A stretch of 64,000 nucleotides of DNA from Neoconidiobolus thromboides FSU 785 (taxonomy: Eukaryota; Fungi; Entomophthoromycota), in NCBI GenBank assembly GCA_025603075.1, contig MU626361.1, positions 11,577 through 75,576 on the forward strand, in the 5' to 3' direction. The notes below the pieces were generated by a model that saw nothing but the letters and a program-made list of their open reading frames with translations, searched no databases and was not told where the DNA came from. Made by a program: the position numbers and the translations under genes. Positions 1 through 12,709 of the stretch are shown here, piece after piece; the stretch's first letter is position 1, and every line of letters starts with the position of its first letter.

Positions 1-156
1 ACATTGAATAAAAATGATGTCAACCTAACTATAACTATAGACCAACATGGTAATCTAACATATACAATAATGACTATTTAAATAAACACAAAAAATGAAA
101 TATTTAATTTAAAATGCAAACTTTCAGCAAATTTTAAAAAAGTTAGGTCATTAGGA

Positions 157-1291
157 TTAATCAAGTCGATGATGTTTTAAAGGTGGGGTATCCGAAATCA
201 ATTCGCCTTCTTCAATGACTGGGGATCTCTTTGATCTAGGTGAGCTATTACCACTATGTTTGGAACGATATCCTTTTTTCTATAATTACAATGTCAATAT
301 TGACTAGAACTAAAAAGACTCTTGTTTACCTCAATAATTTTACTTTTTTGACCATTAACTGATAAATTTTTCGATTGAGTTGTAGTATCAATATCCAAAC
401 TTAACTCTTTTGAATTAATTTTTCCTTTCAAATTTAAAAACATTTTATCCAATCCCTGTTCAATGTCATATTTTTTTCTAGCTTCTTCAAAATCGAAATC
501 GGGATTTTCTTTATTGAATTTCGTCAATGTTATTAATGGATTATTTCCAATATCATTAACAAGATTATCAAAATTAACAAGTTCATCTAGCATTAAATTT
601 AACCGATGTTTAGCTATTGTTATACATTTTTGTTGTGTTTGTCTTTCCGCATCTATCGCCTCTTTTTCTTTTTCTAAGATCTCAGTTTCTCTGTAAAAAC
701 AAAATATTAACTTTATAATCGAAAACTCAACATTGAATATTTACTTTATCAATTTGGAGTATGGTTTTAAACTGAAAAGTTCTGCTTTAAGGTGATCATA
801 TTGTTTACTTTTTAATCGTTCTTCTTTAGCTAACTTTAAAATTTGTTCATTTTTTAAAATCGCAATTTCATATTCTTTGGTACTTTTTTCTATGCATCTA
901 ATTTAAAAACTAGAAAACTAAACTCAAACTTAAATTTTACCTATAATATCTTCATCTTTCTTAATAACTTTCTCCTCATGCTCTAAAGCAATCATGGTCA
1001 TTTCCGAAGCAGATAAACTCAACTCAGCTTGAGCCAAATCATTTTCAAATTGTTGATATAATAAATTTCTATATTTCAATCAAAAAAATGTCCCATTTGA
1101 TTTAAATAATTTAGCTTACATCTCAGTTTTACTCTTTTTACTTTTAATTGCCTTAACAAAAGCTTGATATCTTTTGATACATCTTTTAATAATTCTATCA
1201 TCTACTGATAATCGACTTTTAAATAAGGTTTCTATTAATTTTAGTTAATCAAAAATACATCTGTTACTGGTGATTTGTTACCTTCATTCAT
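157..1291 (-). CDS. THOC7: THO complex subunit 7-like (multi-exon)
   Basis: Hand-spliced exons read MNE|ETLFKSRLSVDDRIIKRCIKRYQAFVK...LKLAKEERLKSKQYDHLKAEL...RLNLMLDELVNFD, similar to THOC7 coiled-coil motifs. ORF 294..593 is an internal exon; a last exon (KKGYRSKH...HHRLD*) follows a GT-AG intron and ends at 157. Confidence 0.6.
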
Positions 1292-2424
1292 CTTCCTTTT
1301 GTTTAGTTTATGATGTGATAGAAATTTTCTAATTCATAAGTACTTTATTTGACCTTAAAAAGACAGGCAAAACGAATAAGTTGAGATGATAGGATAAGAG
1401 AGAGTTGACCAATTAAAAGAAATTCAGGACACCACGAAATAAATCTAAATTCACAGGAGGGTTAATACTCCCCTCCAGAACACAATAAATAGTATATTTT
1501 TCAGCAGTTTTCATATTAAACTTACTCTATTAATAAGTAAATAAACTGGGTTGGCATATATATTTAGATTATCGTTTTGAGAATCTTCTACAGCAAAGGT
1601 TTATTTTTATACTGCCTTTTGCAATTACGTGGAAGCCTTGAATAGATGGAGTATTATAATACAACTTATTTTGATTTTATTTTAAGCAGACTAACTTTTA
1701 AATCAAATAACTTGTCTGCTTAAGTTTATAATATAAGACAGTTATTGTGTTCCAATTTTTTTGCTAACAAACATGACATTTATTGTATTCCAGAGAGAGT
1801 AATCTGTCTGAGTTTGAGTTATAGGACATCCTGCCTAGAAATTGGACTATTCTTTTTGATCTTTATCTAAGGTGAGTTCTGTTCTAAAATCACATGTATT
1901 ATCAAATTATTTAAAAATAGCATTATTAGCTTCAGAGATTGAAGGGAGTAATAAATAGGCATCATCTATAGATTTACAAAAATTGGCATGGGGCATAATT
2001 ATTATAGATGAAAAAATAATGGATTTTATAAATAGAGTATTTTATCAAATTGTTTTATTTCAAAAAACTATTAGACATGGCCCTTTGTAGGTGAATATGG
2101 CAATTTTCCTAAATCTATTAACCATTTAATAGTTAAACACTATAAGAAAGTGACTTTGCAGCAAGTGAAATACTTATGTGAAATTGAGTCTTTATAGCTA
2201 CATTTCCAAATGCCATTATCTGAGACTAGGGTTTTGCTATGTGCATCTATCTCTAGGGAAGAATGTACTAGTCATTAATTTCTATAGAAGTCCCTTGTAG
2301 TATAGGAGTACTCATGAGGTATTGTAAATTAAACTTTTTGGTAAAGAATAATGCTTACAATACAAAATAAAAATTAATGACGAATTTAAATTTAAATCTA
2401 ATATGTTAGATTTTTTTATTTATA

Positions 2425-2522
2425 TAGGAACGTATTTAAAGAATTTTGATACCAATTTTTCCACTCAAATAGCACTTAAATGGAAAAAATGATTAAACCA
2501 ATAAAAACGCTCTATGAACTAT
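2425..2522 (-). mobile_element. Degenerate copy of MITE family A
   Basis: Internal TTTTCCACTCAAATAGCACTTAAA..GGAAAAAATGAT matches the family core; termini eroded. Confidence 0.5.
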
Positions 2523-2720
2523 GTTTATGATAAATTCGAGCTAGGGTTAGAATGAGAGTGAAAGATTATTTTAATTTTTTTGAATAATCCATTTTTATTA
2601 CTTAAAAAGGAGATTTTTTATTAGTGGAAAGCATTGTATCAGCGCATCTTCATACCATAACTAAATAAAAAAATACTCCTATAATAGTTTCGAATTCTTG
2701 AGGAATAATAGCCAGCATAT

Positions 2721-2815
2721 GAGGATATATTGTATTAAAAATTTTACCAACAAATTTTCCGCTTAAATAATGTTTAAGAGATGAAAAAAGTAATGAAGTT
2801 AAAAAAACACTCCTC
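2721..2815 (-). mobile_element. Degenerate copy of MITE family A
   Basis: GAGGATATATTGT...AAAAAAACACTCCTC, preceded by ATAT; internal similarity to other copies. Confidence 0.6.
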
Positions 2816-2899
2816 TATATTACCAATTAATGATTTTATAAAGCTTATTATTCTTGATAGCTACGAGTTGTTAATTAAATAGTTATGGTAGAATGCTTT

Positions 2900-3350
2900 T
2901 GGTGAAAAAGAAGCATTTTTGAGCTCATAAAGCGTGTTTCTATCAAGCTCACTGTCAATAAGTTCTTTAGGAACTTCAAATTTGTTGTTTACAAGCCTTA
3001 AAGTTATTATATTTTCATAGACTTCTACAATTTGTTGCATTGAGCGTGCCTTATACCATTTTCTTTCTTCAAATAAGGAATATTGAGCTTTGCATTTCTT
3101 ATAGGTACACTGATATAGGACAGGTTTCTATATTCTTGAAGATCCATTTTATTGTATAAAACATTTCTCACATTATTTAGACATATCCATATCCTTCTTT
3201 ATCTCTATTATTATCTCCTTAGTATCTTCTAATTTTTTCCCATCTATTTTATGACCTACTTTAATATCTAGATCTTTGTTGATACACTTATAGATAGAGA
3301 TAGGGCCTATCCCCAGGGTTTTTTTAGAATGTATCCACCATTTTTAAAAA
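2900..3350 (-). pseudogene. Decayed ORF with a C2C2 zinc-ribbon-like motif, possible DNA transposase remnant
   Basis: Minus-strand frame reads ...K*CEKCFIQ*NGSSRI*KPVLYQCTYKKCKAQYSLFEERKWYKARSMQQIVEVYENII..., interrupted by TAA/TAG stops. No catalytic domain recognised. Confidence 0.3.
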
Positions 3351-4875
3351 GCAAATTTAAAAAGAAAAAGAAAACGTAAATGTATTTAATTCTTTTAAAA
3401 CATTAAGGTGAGATGGATTTTTAATTTATAACTAACTTATTCAACTTTAAAGTAAGCCTGTGATGTGGTAAAAAATGAGCACTTGTTAAATTGAAGTAGT
3501 AAGTTTTCTATTCTTAAAAAATACAGTACATTTCATTAGCATAAATTAAGTCAAGGACCAACAATTTTCTTGTAAAGTCCTCCTCCAATCAAATGCCTAC
3601 AGCTTCAAAACACTGAACTCAGACCTAATTTTAAATTAATAACACAAACCAAGAATTCACTTTACATCTCATTGCTTTCAAACTTAAGAGTCCAAAGTAG
3701 AAGGAGGTAGCTAAATCATAGAATTTATAACTTTTTTGTATTAATCTATATTTAGCTATGACTTGAATGTAAGTGAACTGGCGTTTTTTATTGTGAGTAC
3801 ATAGCCATTCATATAACCCTACATTAGACATCAAAGCCTTCAATTTTGTATATATGGCTTCTTACAGCTAAGATACGATATGGTTAACGGATTTACGTTC
3901 TATTTGATTGAATGCAAATAACATTTATTTAATAATACAAATGCTAAATTTTCATGAAAATATATAGTATGAGTTTGACTTTTAATTCTTTTAACAAAGA
4001 GTATTTTATAATTTGATATTAAATTTAGCTGCCAATCTTTATTCATGTTTCTTGTAAAGTAATAAAGTAATGATAAATGATAGCAGCTTTTAACATTTAA
4101 TGTTTCATATTTAATATTTGCTTTTTGCAAAAGTCATTTGCATTCCTCTAGAAAATCAATTAAATAATCTACAGAATAAGTTATCATTTTTAAAAATAAT
4201 TATTCTTTTAAAATTAAATAAGTTAAAAAACAAATGTTTATATTATTATCATAAAATTACTATTTTATCAATATTTTATAATGTATCATGTAAATTTGCA
4301 AGAAAAAGACAAAGAGCTGATAGTAAAGGTAGTTTTAGCATAAGTAAGATAGCTAAGATTTAGTGTATTATCCTAAGTATCAATAAAAATTTATAAACTT
4401 TGAAGCTTTAATTTTATCATATCACTAACTAGTAGACTAATCATTAATTATTTCATAATGGAATACTATTCAATTAAATTAAATAACGTTGAGCTTATTA
4501 TTCGATATGTTTTAATTAAAAATATTAATAGAGTATTTATTGTAAATTCGAGTAAGTTAAGCTTAACTTAGTATCAACTTATCTCTAATTTCAACTTGAA
4601 GTTTTATTTAAGAAGGTTTGAATAGCAAAGTATTATATACAATAAAATATCACAAGATATACATTACGCTATGCTATACTTTCTATTAACTATTATTGTT
4701 AATATTGGAATCCATCTCAAAATCATCCCTTGAAAATGTAAAATAATGCTTTCTAAATAAGGAATTAGTCGAGCATTAAAAGGTTTCAATTTATGCAATT
4801 TAAAGCTCGCAATCAAAAAAAAGATGTTGGTATTTTGAAAATCAAAGATTAAAAATTTATCAATCTTAAAAATTT

Positions 4876-6716
4876 ATGGCCAAATTAAGTGATCAAAAAG
4901 TAAGTTTTAAATATTGTTAAGTTCCATTTTAACTAATAAATATAAAAAGTCAGAATTTAGCCTAGAAACAGAAGTTCGAGCAAGGGCAGGTAGACCAGTC
5001 AGAGTATGTGATCAATGTCGACGTAGTCGACGTAAGTGTAATTCAAAAAAACCAAGTTGCTCATTATGTATTCGACGACGTAAACAGTGTACCTATGATC
5101 AAGTAGAATATAAAAAAGAAACTGGATTAAATGTAGAAACAGTAGTCAAACAAGAAAATATTAAAAAAAATATAGAAGAAAAAATGAGAGAATTGATAAA
5201 ACAAAAAGAAATTAAAACTAATTCTAGAACAATGTTGATGCTTAGTAGATCTAGTACTATTAATTTAGAGTTTAATCCATTAATATTTTTTTTAGCCTCT
5301 TGGAAAAAAGAAATACCAGCTTTTTTACATTTCATTAAAATGAATGACTCTAATTTTAGTCAACCTATACAACATTCAAAAACAATAGTTAAAAAAGAAA
5401 GTTTAATAGAAGGTATGGGATTTTTATCAAATTATTTAGTTTTAGTATTTTTTCGAGATTTTAATCCGTTTTTTCCGATTATTGATGAAACTTGTTTTTT
5501 GACTATCTTTTTCAATAAGCTTTGGCTTAAAGATGAAGCTTTTAAGTTATTAGTTAATGTCATTCATTTAACAGCATTATCGTTTCATCCAGATTGTGAA
5601 GTCATTCAAGAACATTCGTTATTAATCGAAAGACATATTAAATTAAGTTTGAAGAAACAATATTTAAAACCAAGTATTTATTTAGTACAATCTTTAACAA
5701 TATTAAGTATGCAAAATAATATAAGTGAAAAGGATGGTTTAATGGCATCAAGTAGTTTTTTTTTAGGCTTAGCTTATAAACATGCTATTACTTTAGGATT
5801 ACATCAGTATCATCAAGACAAAAGTAAAAGAAGTTCATATCAAAGAACTTGGTGGGGCATTGCTATTGTAGAGCAATTATTAATGCATTGTACAGGAAGA
5901 CCACCAATATTAGCAATATGTGATCGACAAGTTCAATTAAAAGATCTAGCAGGTATTAAAAGAAAAAAGGATTTACTCAATGAATTTGAGAAAACATATG
6001 AATTTCATTTATTCGTATTTGTTTATTCCAGATTAATTTCAAGATATAATATAATTAAAGAAGAATATTATCCAAAAAATAATTTAATGAATGAAAACAT
6101 TCGACAAGAAGAAATAAAACTAGACTCAAATTTACAAAAAGAAAAAGAAAAGAAGTTTCAATGTTTTATAAAACATCGCAATAAGTTAGAATTTGCTTTT
6201 CATTGTTGGTTTAAATATTATTTTAAATTGAATGAAGATAGTGGATTCTTATTATCTCCAATTCTACTTAATAATGATTTAGATTTAAATATTTATATTG
6301 ATTATTATTCAGCATTACACGATATTTATTCTACTCATCACCAATTCAATCATAATTCCACTATATTAAATAATTTGAATATGGAATTACCTACAATGAC
6401 ATTAAGAGAATTTTCTAGTTTAACGGGAGAAGAAAAAAGAGTAATAGCTGCTTATTTTGGAGCATATACAATAATGTATGGATTAAAAAGAAATGGGTTT
6501 ATATTTCGAGGTACAATTTATAAATGGTGGAGTGCTTCTCAATTTATGTTTACATTGTTAACTTTTTCTGAAAAAAATAAGAATTCATCATTTAATCTAT
6601 TTTGTCAAGCCTATTTAAAATTTATGTTAACTTGTTTAAAAGAAGGAAAATCAAGATTTGCTTCTTTAGCTAATATCGAAAATAAGGCGACTACTATTTA
6701 TCAAATATTAAGTTAA
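4876..6716 (+). CDS. Zn(II)2Cys6 transcription factor with fungal-specific TF (middle homology) domain
   Basis: CDQCRRSRRKCNSKKPSCSLCIRRRKQC is a canonical binuclear cluster; YFRDFNPFFPII-like, AITLGLH and RTWW motifs follow. The ORF-track start at 4914 is TTG; likely true start is ATG 4876 with an intron at 4900-4949 (GTAAG...CTAAT...AAG) joining in frame. Confidence 0.85.
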
Positions 6717-6807
6717 AGTGTTATTTATTAAAATAAAAAAATAAAAAAATAAACAAAATTATTAACCATATATTATAATATTTTATTTTATATAGCTCTT
6801 TGATTTT

Positions 6808-7922
6808 TTATCTCTTCCAATAATTGTAGTATTTATCACCATATTTATCTACATCTTCCGATAATTCATCCCAAATACTATGTTGAGTTGTAGCCCCTTC
6901 ACCACTACCATGAGCACGTATATCACCCTTTTGAAGTCGATCAATGAAATCTAATCTTAGCCATTTTTCTACAATTTTGAGTAAAGGAGAATCTGCAATT
7001 TCGCCGTTATCTAATTGATGTTGGGTATGAGCTACTGCATCTAATAATTCAGGGAATTCTGATAATCTTAAATTTAAATGAGGATGTCTTAATTGAGCAT
7101 TCTCTTCTTTCTTTTTATCTTCTTTTTTATCTTTAATATCCAATATTGGATTCAAGCTTAATATTTCACCCCTATGAATATGGGCCACATGAGTGGGCCA
7201 AAAACCAAGTCCATCAAAGATATGAGTAGCATATAATATACTTACCTTTCTTTCCAAGGTCTCCTTCTTTAAAAATTGAAACAAATTACTTCTCACCATA
7301 ACATCTAAATCTACAGTAACTTCATCTAATAATAGTACTTCCCATGGTTGTAATAATCCAATAACTAATTGAACTCTTCTTCTTTCACCATCGGATACTT
7401 GATGCATATGCCAATTTGGATCAACATCTAAAAGTCGGATAAGTTCATCTCGACGTTGTGGGTAAAGTTCACCACCACATGTTTTAATAAGATAACCAAC
7501 TTCAATATCTAATTTTGTTGCCGGATTGTTTGCCCATTCGATACCAAGATAAGTCACTCCTCCTGGACGATCAACAAAAGCTCTTTTACCTAAGATATAA
7601 GCTTCTTCTTTTATCATACGTTTTCCAGCTAAGATTCTAAATTAAAATCATTAATTTAATTCAATATACTAGTTTTTTTTATTACGAAATGAAATTCCAA
7701 TTCAACTTACCTTAATAAAGTACTTTTGCCAGCTCCATTGGCGCCTACTAGTAAACAACATGCACCTTTGGGGACATTTAATTGCAGATTTCTTAATATT
7801 GGTGGTCCACCAAAATCAAAATTTAAACTAGGAATTTGAATCACATATTTTTCGGGTTCTAAGACAATGGACTGGTGAGTTTCTTGACTCTTTTCATAAC
7901 TATTAAGGTCCATGCGTGGCAT
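6808..7922 (-). CDS. CAF16: Soluble ABC ATPase, CCR4-NOT-associated factor 16
   Basis: Walker A GANGAGKSTLLR, degenerate signature VSDGERRRVQL, Walker B LLLDE, YATH. Intron 7710-7637 joins GKSTLL-R-ILAGKRM in frame. Confidence 0.85.
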
Positions 7923-8212
7923 TCTGAAGTTATTGCTTTTTTTTGATAAATTAAAAAGTTGAAAGAATTTGGATTCTTCTATTATGTTTTTGTCATGTCA
8001 TCAGTAGAGCTTTTTTGCTTACTAATTCAACGATCTATGCTATTACCTTAATTGGTATCGATTATTCGATTCTTTTTTAATGGGGAAATTACATTTTGAA
8101 AAAAAATCAAAAATATTCGATCAAAATATCCAAAATCAAAAAGTAAAATAAGCTTTAAAATTATTAATATATTTGTTAATATTTTTTATTTATCCATTTT
8201 CTTTTATATACT

Positions 8213-11200
8213 TCAATATTTTAAATATTTTATTCTATAATAATAAGCCAATGGATGATTATTAACGCTTAAAAATAGGCTAGACAAATTATATGCGGCT
8301 TCAAATTTCAAATCAAATCTGTCTTCAATCTCTTCCATTTCAGATAATTGTAGTACTTTTTTATAATGTTTGACAGCCATTGGAAGTAAATTAAAATGAT
8401 GATAAGCTCTAGCTAAATTAAAATAAACTTGTTGAGTATAATTTTTTAATTTAGCATACTTTTTTAAATAAGAAAAACCTAATAAAATTTCATATTGTCG
8501 ATTATTACTCGTTCTTTTAATAGCTTCATGAAAATGAGTAATTGCTAAATATAAATAAAGTTGAGCTTGATTATCTCGCTTAGCTTCTAATTGAGAATTT
8601 GTCAATACTTGTTGATTTTCTAATTGATTTAATGCTTGTTGAAATGATTTAATAGCTAATGTATAACTTTTGGATAAACTTCTTAAATGTCCATAAAAAT
8701 AATAAGTATAATAATCCTGTACATTACTATCAATTTTTCTTCGTAAATATTTTAATAATTTACTACGTGTATTAGCATTCATTTGGCGCTCTTTACTTCC
8801 ACTTGATAAAGCCAATAGAAAAGAATATTTTTCTCCTGGATAATAAGTTACTGCATCAGTGCATACTTTACGGGCTAAATCAATAGACAATTCATAATTT
8901 TGACTTTTTTCGTTTGAACCTAAAATGAGCTTTAAATTAATATTATTAATATATTATAATAATTTACCAATATATAACATTAAAAAGAATAATTTTAATT
9001 TTTTTAGAGTTCTAAAACATTGAGATAAAGTAATACTATTTAACATAGCTAATAATTCATTCAATAAATTATAATGAATCATAATATTAATTGCTTTTAA
9101 TATTAATTTCAACCATCTTCTCAATTCAATTGAACAAATTAATGTTTTAAAACTAGAATCATATTTTAAATCTAAATAAATGTTCAATACTTTTTCACTT
9201 CCTTTGATTTGTTTATATTTCTCTTTTTTATAAATTTCTAATATGAATTCTCGATATACTTGATAATACATTTTTATAAAAAATCTTCCATATTCCTCAT
9301 TTTCTAATATTTGATTTAAATCTAAAGATTCTAATTTAATTATAAGTTTATTGATTAATAATTGGTTATTTCTTAATTTATTTTTTCCAATTCTTTTTCT
9401 TCTTGTTCCTCGATTCTTTAATTCTTTTTCTCTTATTTGTTTAAAGTTATTTCCCTTAAAACTTCGAATCACGTTTATTTTATACTCTTCTTCTTCTTCT
9501 TCACTATCAGCACCTTCATCAATATAATCTGGATCTTTGATTGTATTGTCATCATCGATTTCAGTTTCATTATTTGTAATTTCATTAAATATTATGTGTT
9601 CATTTAATTCGGCATTTGTTTTCGTTGTTCTTTTGTTTTTGTTTTTATTTCGCAAATTCTTTTTTTTCTTTTTTTCTCTTATTAATTCATTTTTGAAATT
9701 AGCAACTAAAGTTATTAATTAATAATTGATCTATTATTAAATAAATATTCATAACATTACTTACTTCTACTAGTATAATATTTAGCTATATCTGATTTAT
9801 CTATTTTTATATATAATCTTTCTAAAGCTAAACTAATTTCTAATATACCATCCGTAAAATTATCAGCTAAATAAAAATGAAAATGAAATAAAAGTTAATA
9901 AAAAATACATCTAGTACTTATTCTAACATTAAAATTCAATTGTTTACCTTTTAAGTAATATTCAATTGCTTTTTCATCTTCATTTAACTTCTCAAATCCT
10001 TCGCCAATAATTATTAATAATTCTACATTTACTGTCTATTTAAAAGTAAAAATAAAAGTAAAGTTAATAAAATCCTCATTCAATTATTTAATTATTTAGT
10101 TGTCTAACTAACACAAATCAACAATTACCTCGTTACAATTTTGTTCTAAATATAATAAAATATCTAATCCTTTTTCAACTTTATTTTTAGTAATTAATGC
10201 TTTGCCCACTTCAATAAATGTATTAAAATAAATATTGGCATCCAATAATAATAAATATTTAAAATACTCCTATAAGAAATAAGAAATAAGAAATAAGAAA
10301 TAAGAAATATATTGTTATATTTTAATTAAAATATAAGTATATATAAAATAAAAATATTAGTTTTACCTCCGCTTCTAAATCTAAATTTAATAATGCTAAT
10401 AAAGTCCCAATTTTCATTTTAATTTCAATTGGTAAATCAAAATACAAAAATTGACTTGTGATTTCAATTAAACTTTCTAGTGAATGAGCGCTTTCATTCC
10501 ATTCATTCCAATTAGTTTCAGATATACAATAACAACCTCGAATAATCCTTCTTAATGCTTTAATATATTGTCCATTTAATAAATAAACATCCGTTGCTAT
10601 GTTCAAATAGCAATATTTTAATTCTCCTTTAAATTCTTCATTTGTTAAATGTTGTAATATAGCTTCATCTATATAGGGTATAGCTTCTGTTAAATCACCT
10701 TCATTTTTAACTATTAATAAAATTAAATCATTCATTAACTCTAAATTATAAGGAGTAATTTTCAATATCTGTTTATAATTATGAATGGCCTTAAATAAAG
10801 AGTTTAATTTATAATGATATTAAAATTGATTAAATAATAATTTACTGTATATAAATAATCCATTTCAATAGCTAATTCTGCTTTTTCTTTCATTGCTTCA
10901 ATATCCGTTTTATCACTTAATATTGCTTTGGAATAACAGTAGCTAGCTTGTTCAAGTAGATCTTCATCCCTAATAAATAATATTGTAAACCTATCAATTG
11001 AATTCGATTAAAGCCAAAATTTACTTTGATAATCTAGCCACTTTTTTCCACAAAGCATTATCGTTTTGAGAGATATAAGCTGCAATAAAAAGTACGTTTA
11101 AAGCTTTAACTTTAAATTCACAATCCTCATAAATTAAACCCATCACAAACCAAGCTTCATAAATCGTTGGATCCATTTTAACAATATTGAATAATATTTT

Positions 11201-11888
11201 CAATGCCGAAGAATATTCTTGTTGAATATAATAATAGTTTACTTCTCCTAACATAAACTTGATTTCAGGACTAATTTCTCGGTTGCGTGATGTATTTTTT
11301 CGTCTCCCTCCTTTTTTACCTCCTCGTACTCGACGCCCCAATTTTTTACCTCCTTTAGTACCAACCGAACTAGTGATAGCAAGGTCATCTTTCAAGGTTG
11401 AAATTTCTGAATTAAATACTTGCCATGAAACGACTTCTCTTTTAAAATTTTTAATAAATTAGTTAAATCATTGTTTCTTATATCTACCTATCATTATTAA
11501 TATCCATTAAATTGTCTTGACTTATATTTTCTTTAATTTTATTCATTAAACTTTCAATTCCTTCAATATCTTCTTCTTCTAAGTTTTCTTCTTCTTCTTG
11601 GACCTCTTTTTTATCTACCTCTTCTTCATCCATTCCATCCTCTATTTGATCCCCTCTTAGTATATGTTCTTCTTCTTCCTCTCCCTCCTCACCAATGTCT
11701 TCATTTTCTCCCATTTCTTTTATTTCTTCTACTTTTTCATTATTCAAAAAAGGATGTTGAAATAATTGTGTGTTTTTGTTGTTGTTACTAGTTTCATTGT
11801 CTGAAGGTATTAATTCATCATATTCCCATCCTCCTTCTATTTCCTCTTCAAGTAATTCTCGGATCTCTTCATCAGATTCATAATCCAT
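8213..11888 (-). CDS. TFC4: RNA polymerase III transcription factor TFIIIC TPR subunit (tau131/GTF3C3), multi-exon
   Basis: Acidic N-terminus, then EISPEIKFMLGEVNYYY...EAWFVMGLIYED TPRs; C-terminal YFNLARAYHHFNLLPMAVKHYKKVL and EAAYNL motifs. Confidence 0.85.
10274..10308 (+). repeat. (AAGAAAT)5 tandem repeat in a TFC4 intron
   Basis: Five perfect 7-mers read directly. Confidence 0.85.
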
Positions 11889-11937
11889 TTTTTAAAATAA
11901 AAGCAAATTTTTAAATTTTTTTAATTATTTAAATACA

Positions 11938-12087
11938 GCTACTACAACTTTATTACGACATAGTTTGCAATAATTTTTAAAACTCTTTAGTTATTTGTAG
12001 CTTTTTCGAACTTAATCCTATATTTGCATAACATTAAAATTTTACTCTAAAATGAATGCTAGTTAGACGCAATAAAGTTGTAGTAGC
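11938..12087. mobile_element. MITE family B, ~150 bp with ~20-bp terminal inverted repeats
   Basis: Left GCTACTACAACTTTATTACG vs right CGCAATAAAGTTGTAGTAGC (19/20 complementary); a diverged inverted copy lies at ~22627-22764. Confidence 0.6.
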
Positions 12088-12235
12088 AATTCTTTGTTTA
12101 AAATTACTGATTTAGGAAAATTGAATTGATTTACTTGATTCCTTAATATAAATTTGATAAATGAATTCAAATCCATGGATCCCCTACTATTACCTATTAG
12201 ATGTTTCAAGTATTATTTCAGTCCTTTCTTTATAC

Positions 12236-12334
12236 GGGGATGTTTTTTTTGGCTTCATCACTTTTTCTATCTTTTAAGTGCTGTTTAAGTGGAAAGATTC
12301 TTAGTGAAATTCTTAAACACAAAAATACATCCCC
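12236..12334 (+). mobile_element. MITE family A
   Basis: GGGGATGT...ACATCCCC, 99 bp, perfect 4-bp TSD ATAC. Confidence 0.9.
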
Positions 12335-12709
12335 ATACAATAAAAGATTTTTAGTTAACTTCTATGTCTTAGTCGTCTCATTTATACAGTTTGTAAGATC
12401 CCCACCAGGCTAGCGTTTGATGCTAACTTGGAATACCCAACTATCCAGTCTTAACACATTGAATAGAGAATAGAATGGATCTCAGACTCTCTCATTCAGC
12501 TTTAAAATTTCTTTGATGAAGACAAGAGAAACTCTAGCCAAATGACTAACATCTCCCTTTGCTTGCTTTTAGTTTTTAGTTTTAAGCAATAAATTCCTTC
12601 AGGATTCAAAGTTCAACCTTTTAGGAATTTTTAAAAAAAGATTAAGAAAGTAAATGCTTTAATGTTTCAATAGCTTACATTTATTTAAATTAACTATTTA
12701 AATGCCTTA

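Noticed and set aside
1682-1724. 10-bp inverted repeat TTAAGCAGAC...GTCTGCTTAA
   Set aside because: Single short hairpin in AT-rich DNA with no second copy or TSD seen.
2900-3350. Reassignment of TAA/TAG to Gln (alternative genetic code)
   Set aside because: Intact genes in the window end in TAA/TAG and have no in-frame stops; only decayed elements show this, which C-to-T mutation explains.
12350-12650. Semi-open minus-strand frame (...LDSWVFQVSIKR*PGGDL...)
   Set aside because: Several stops and no assignable family.
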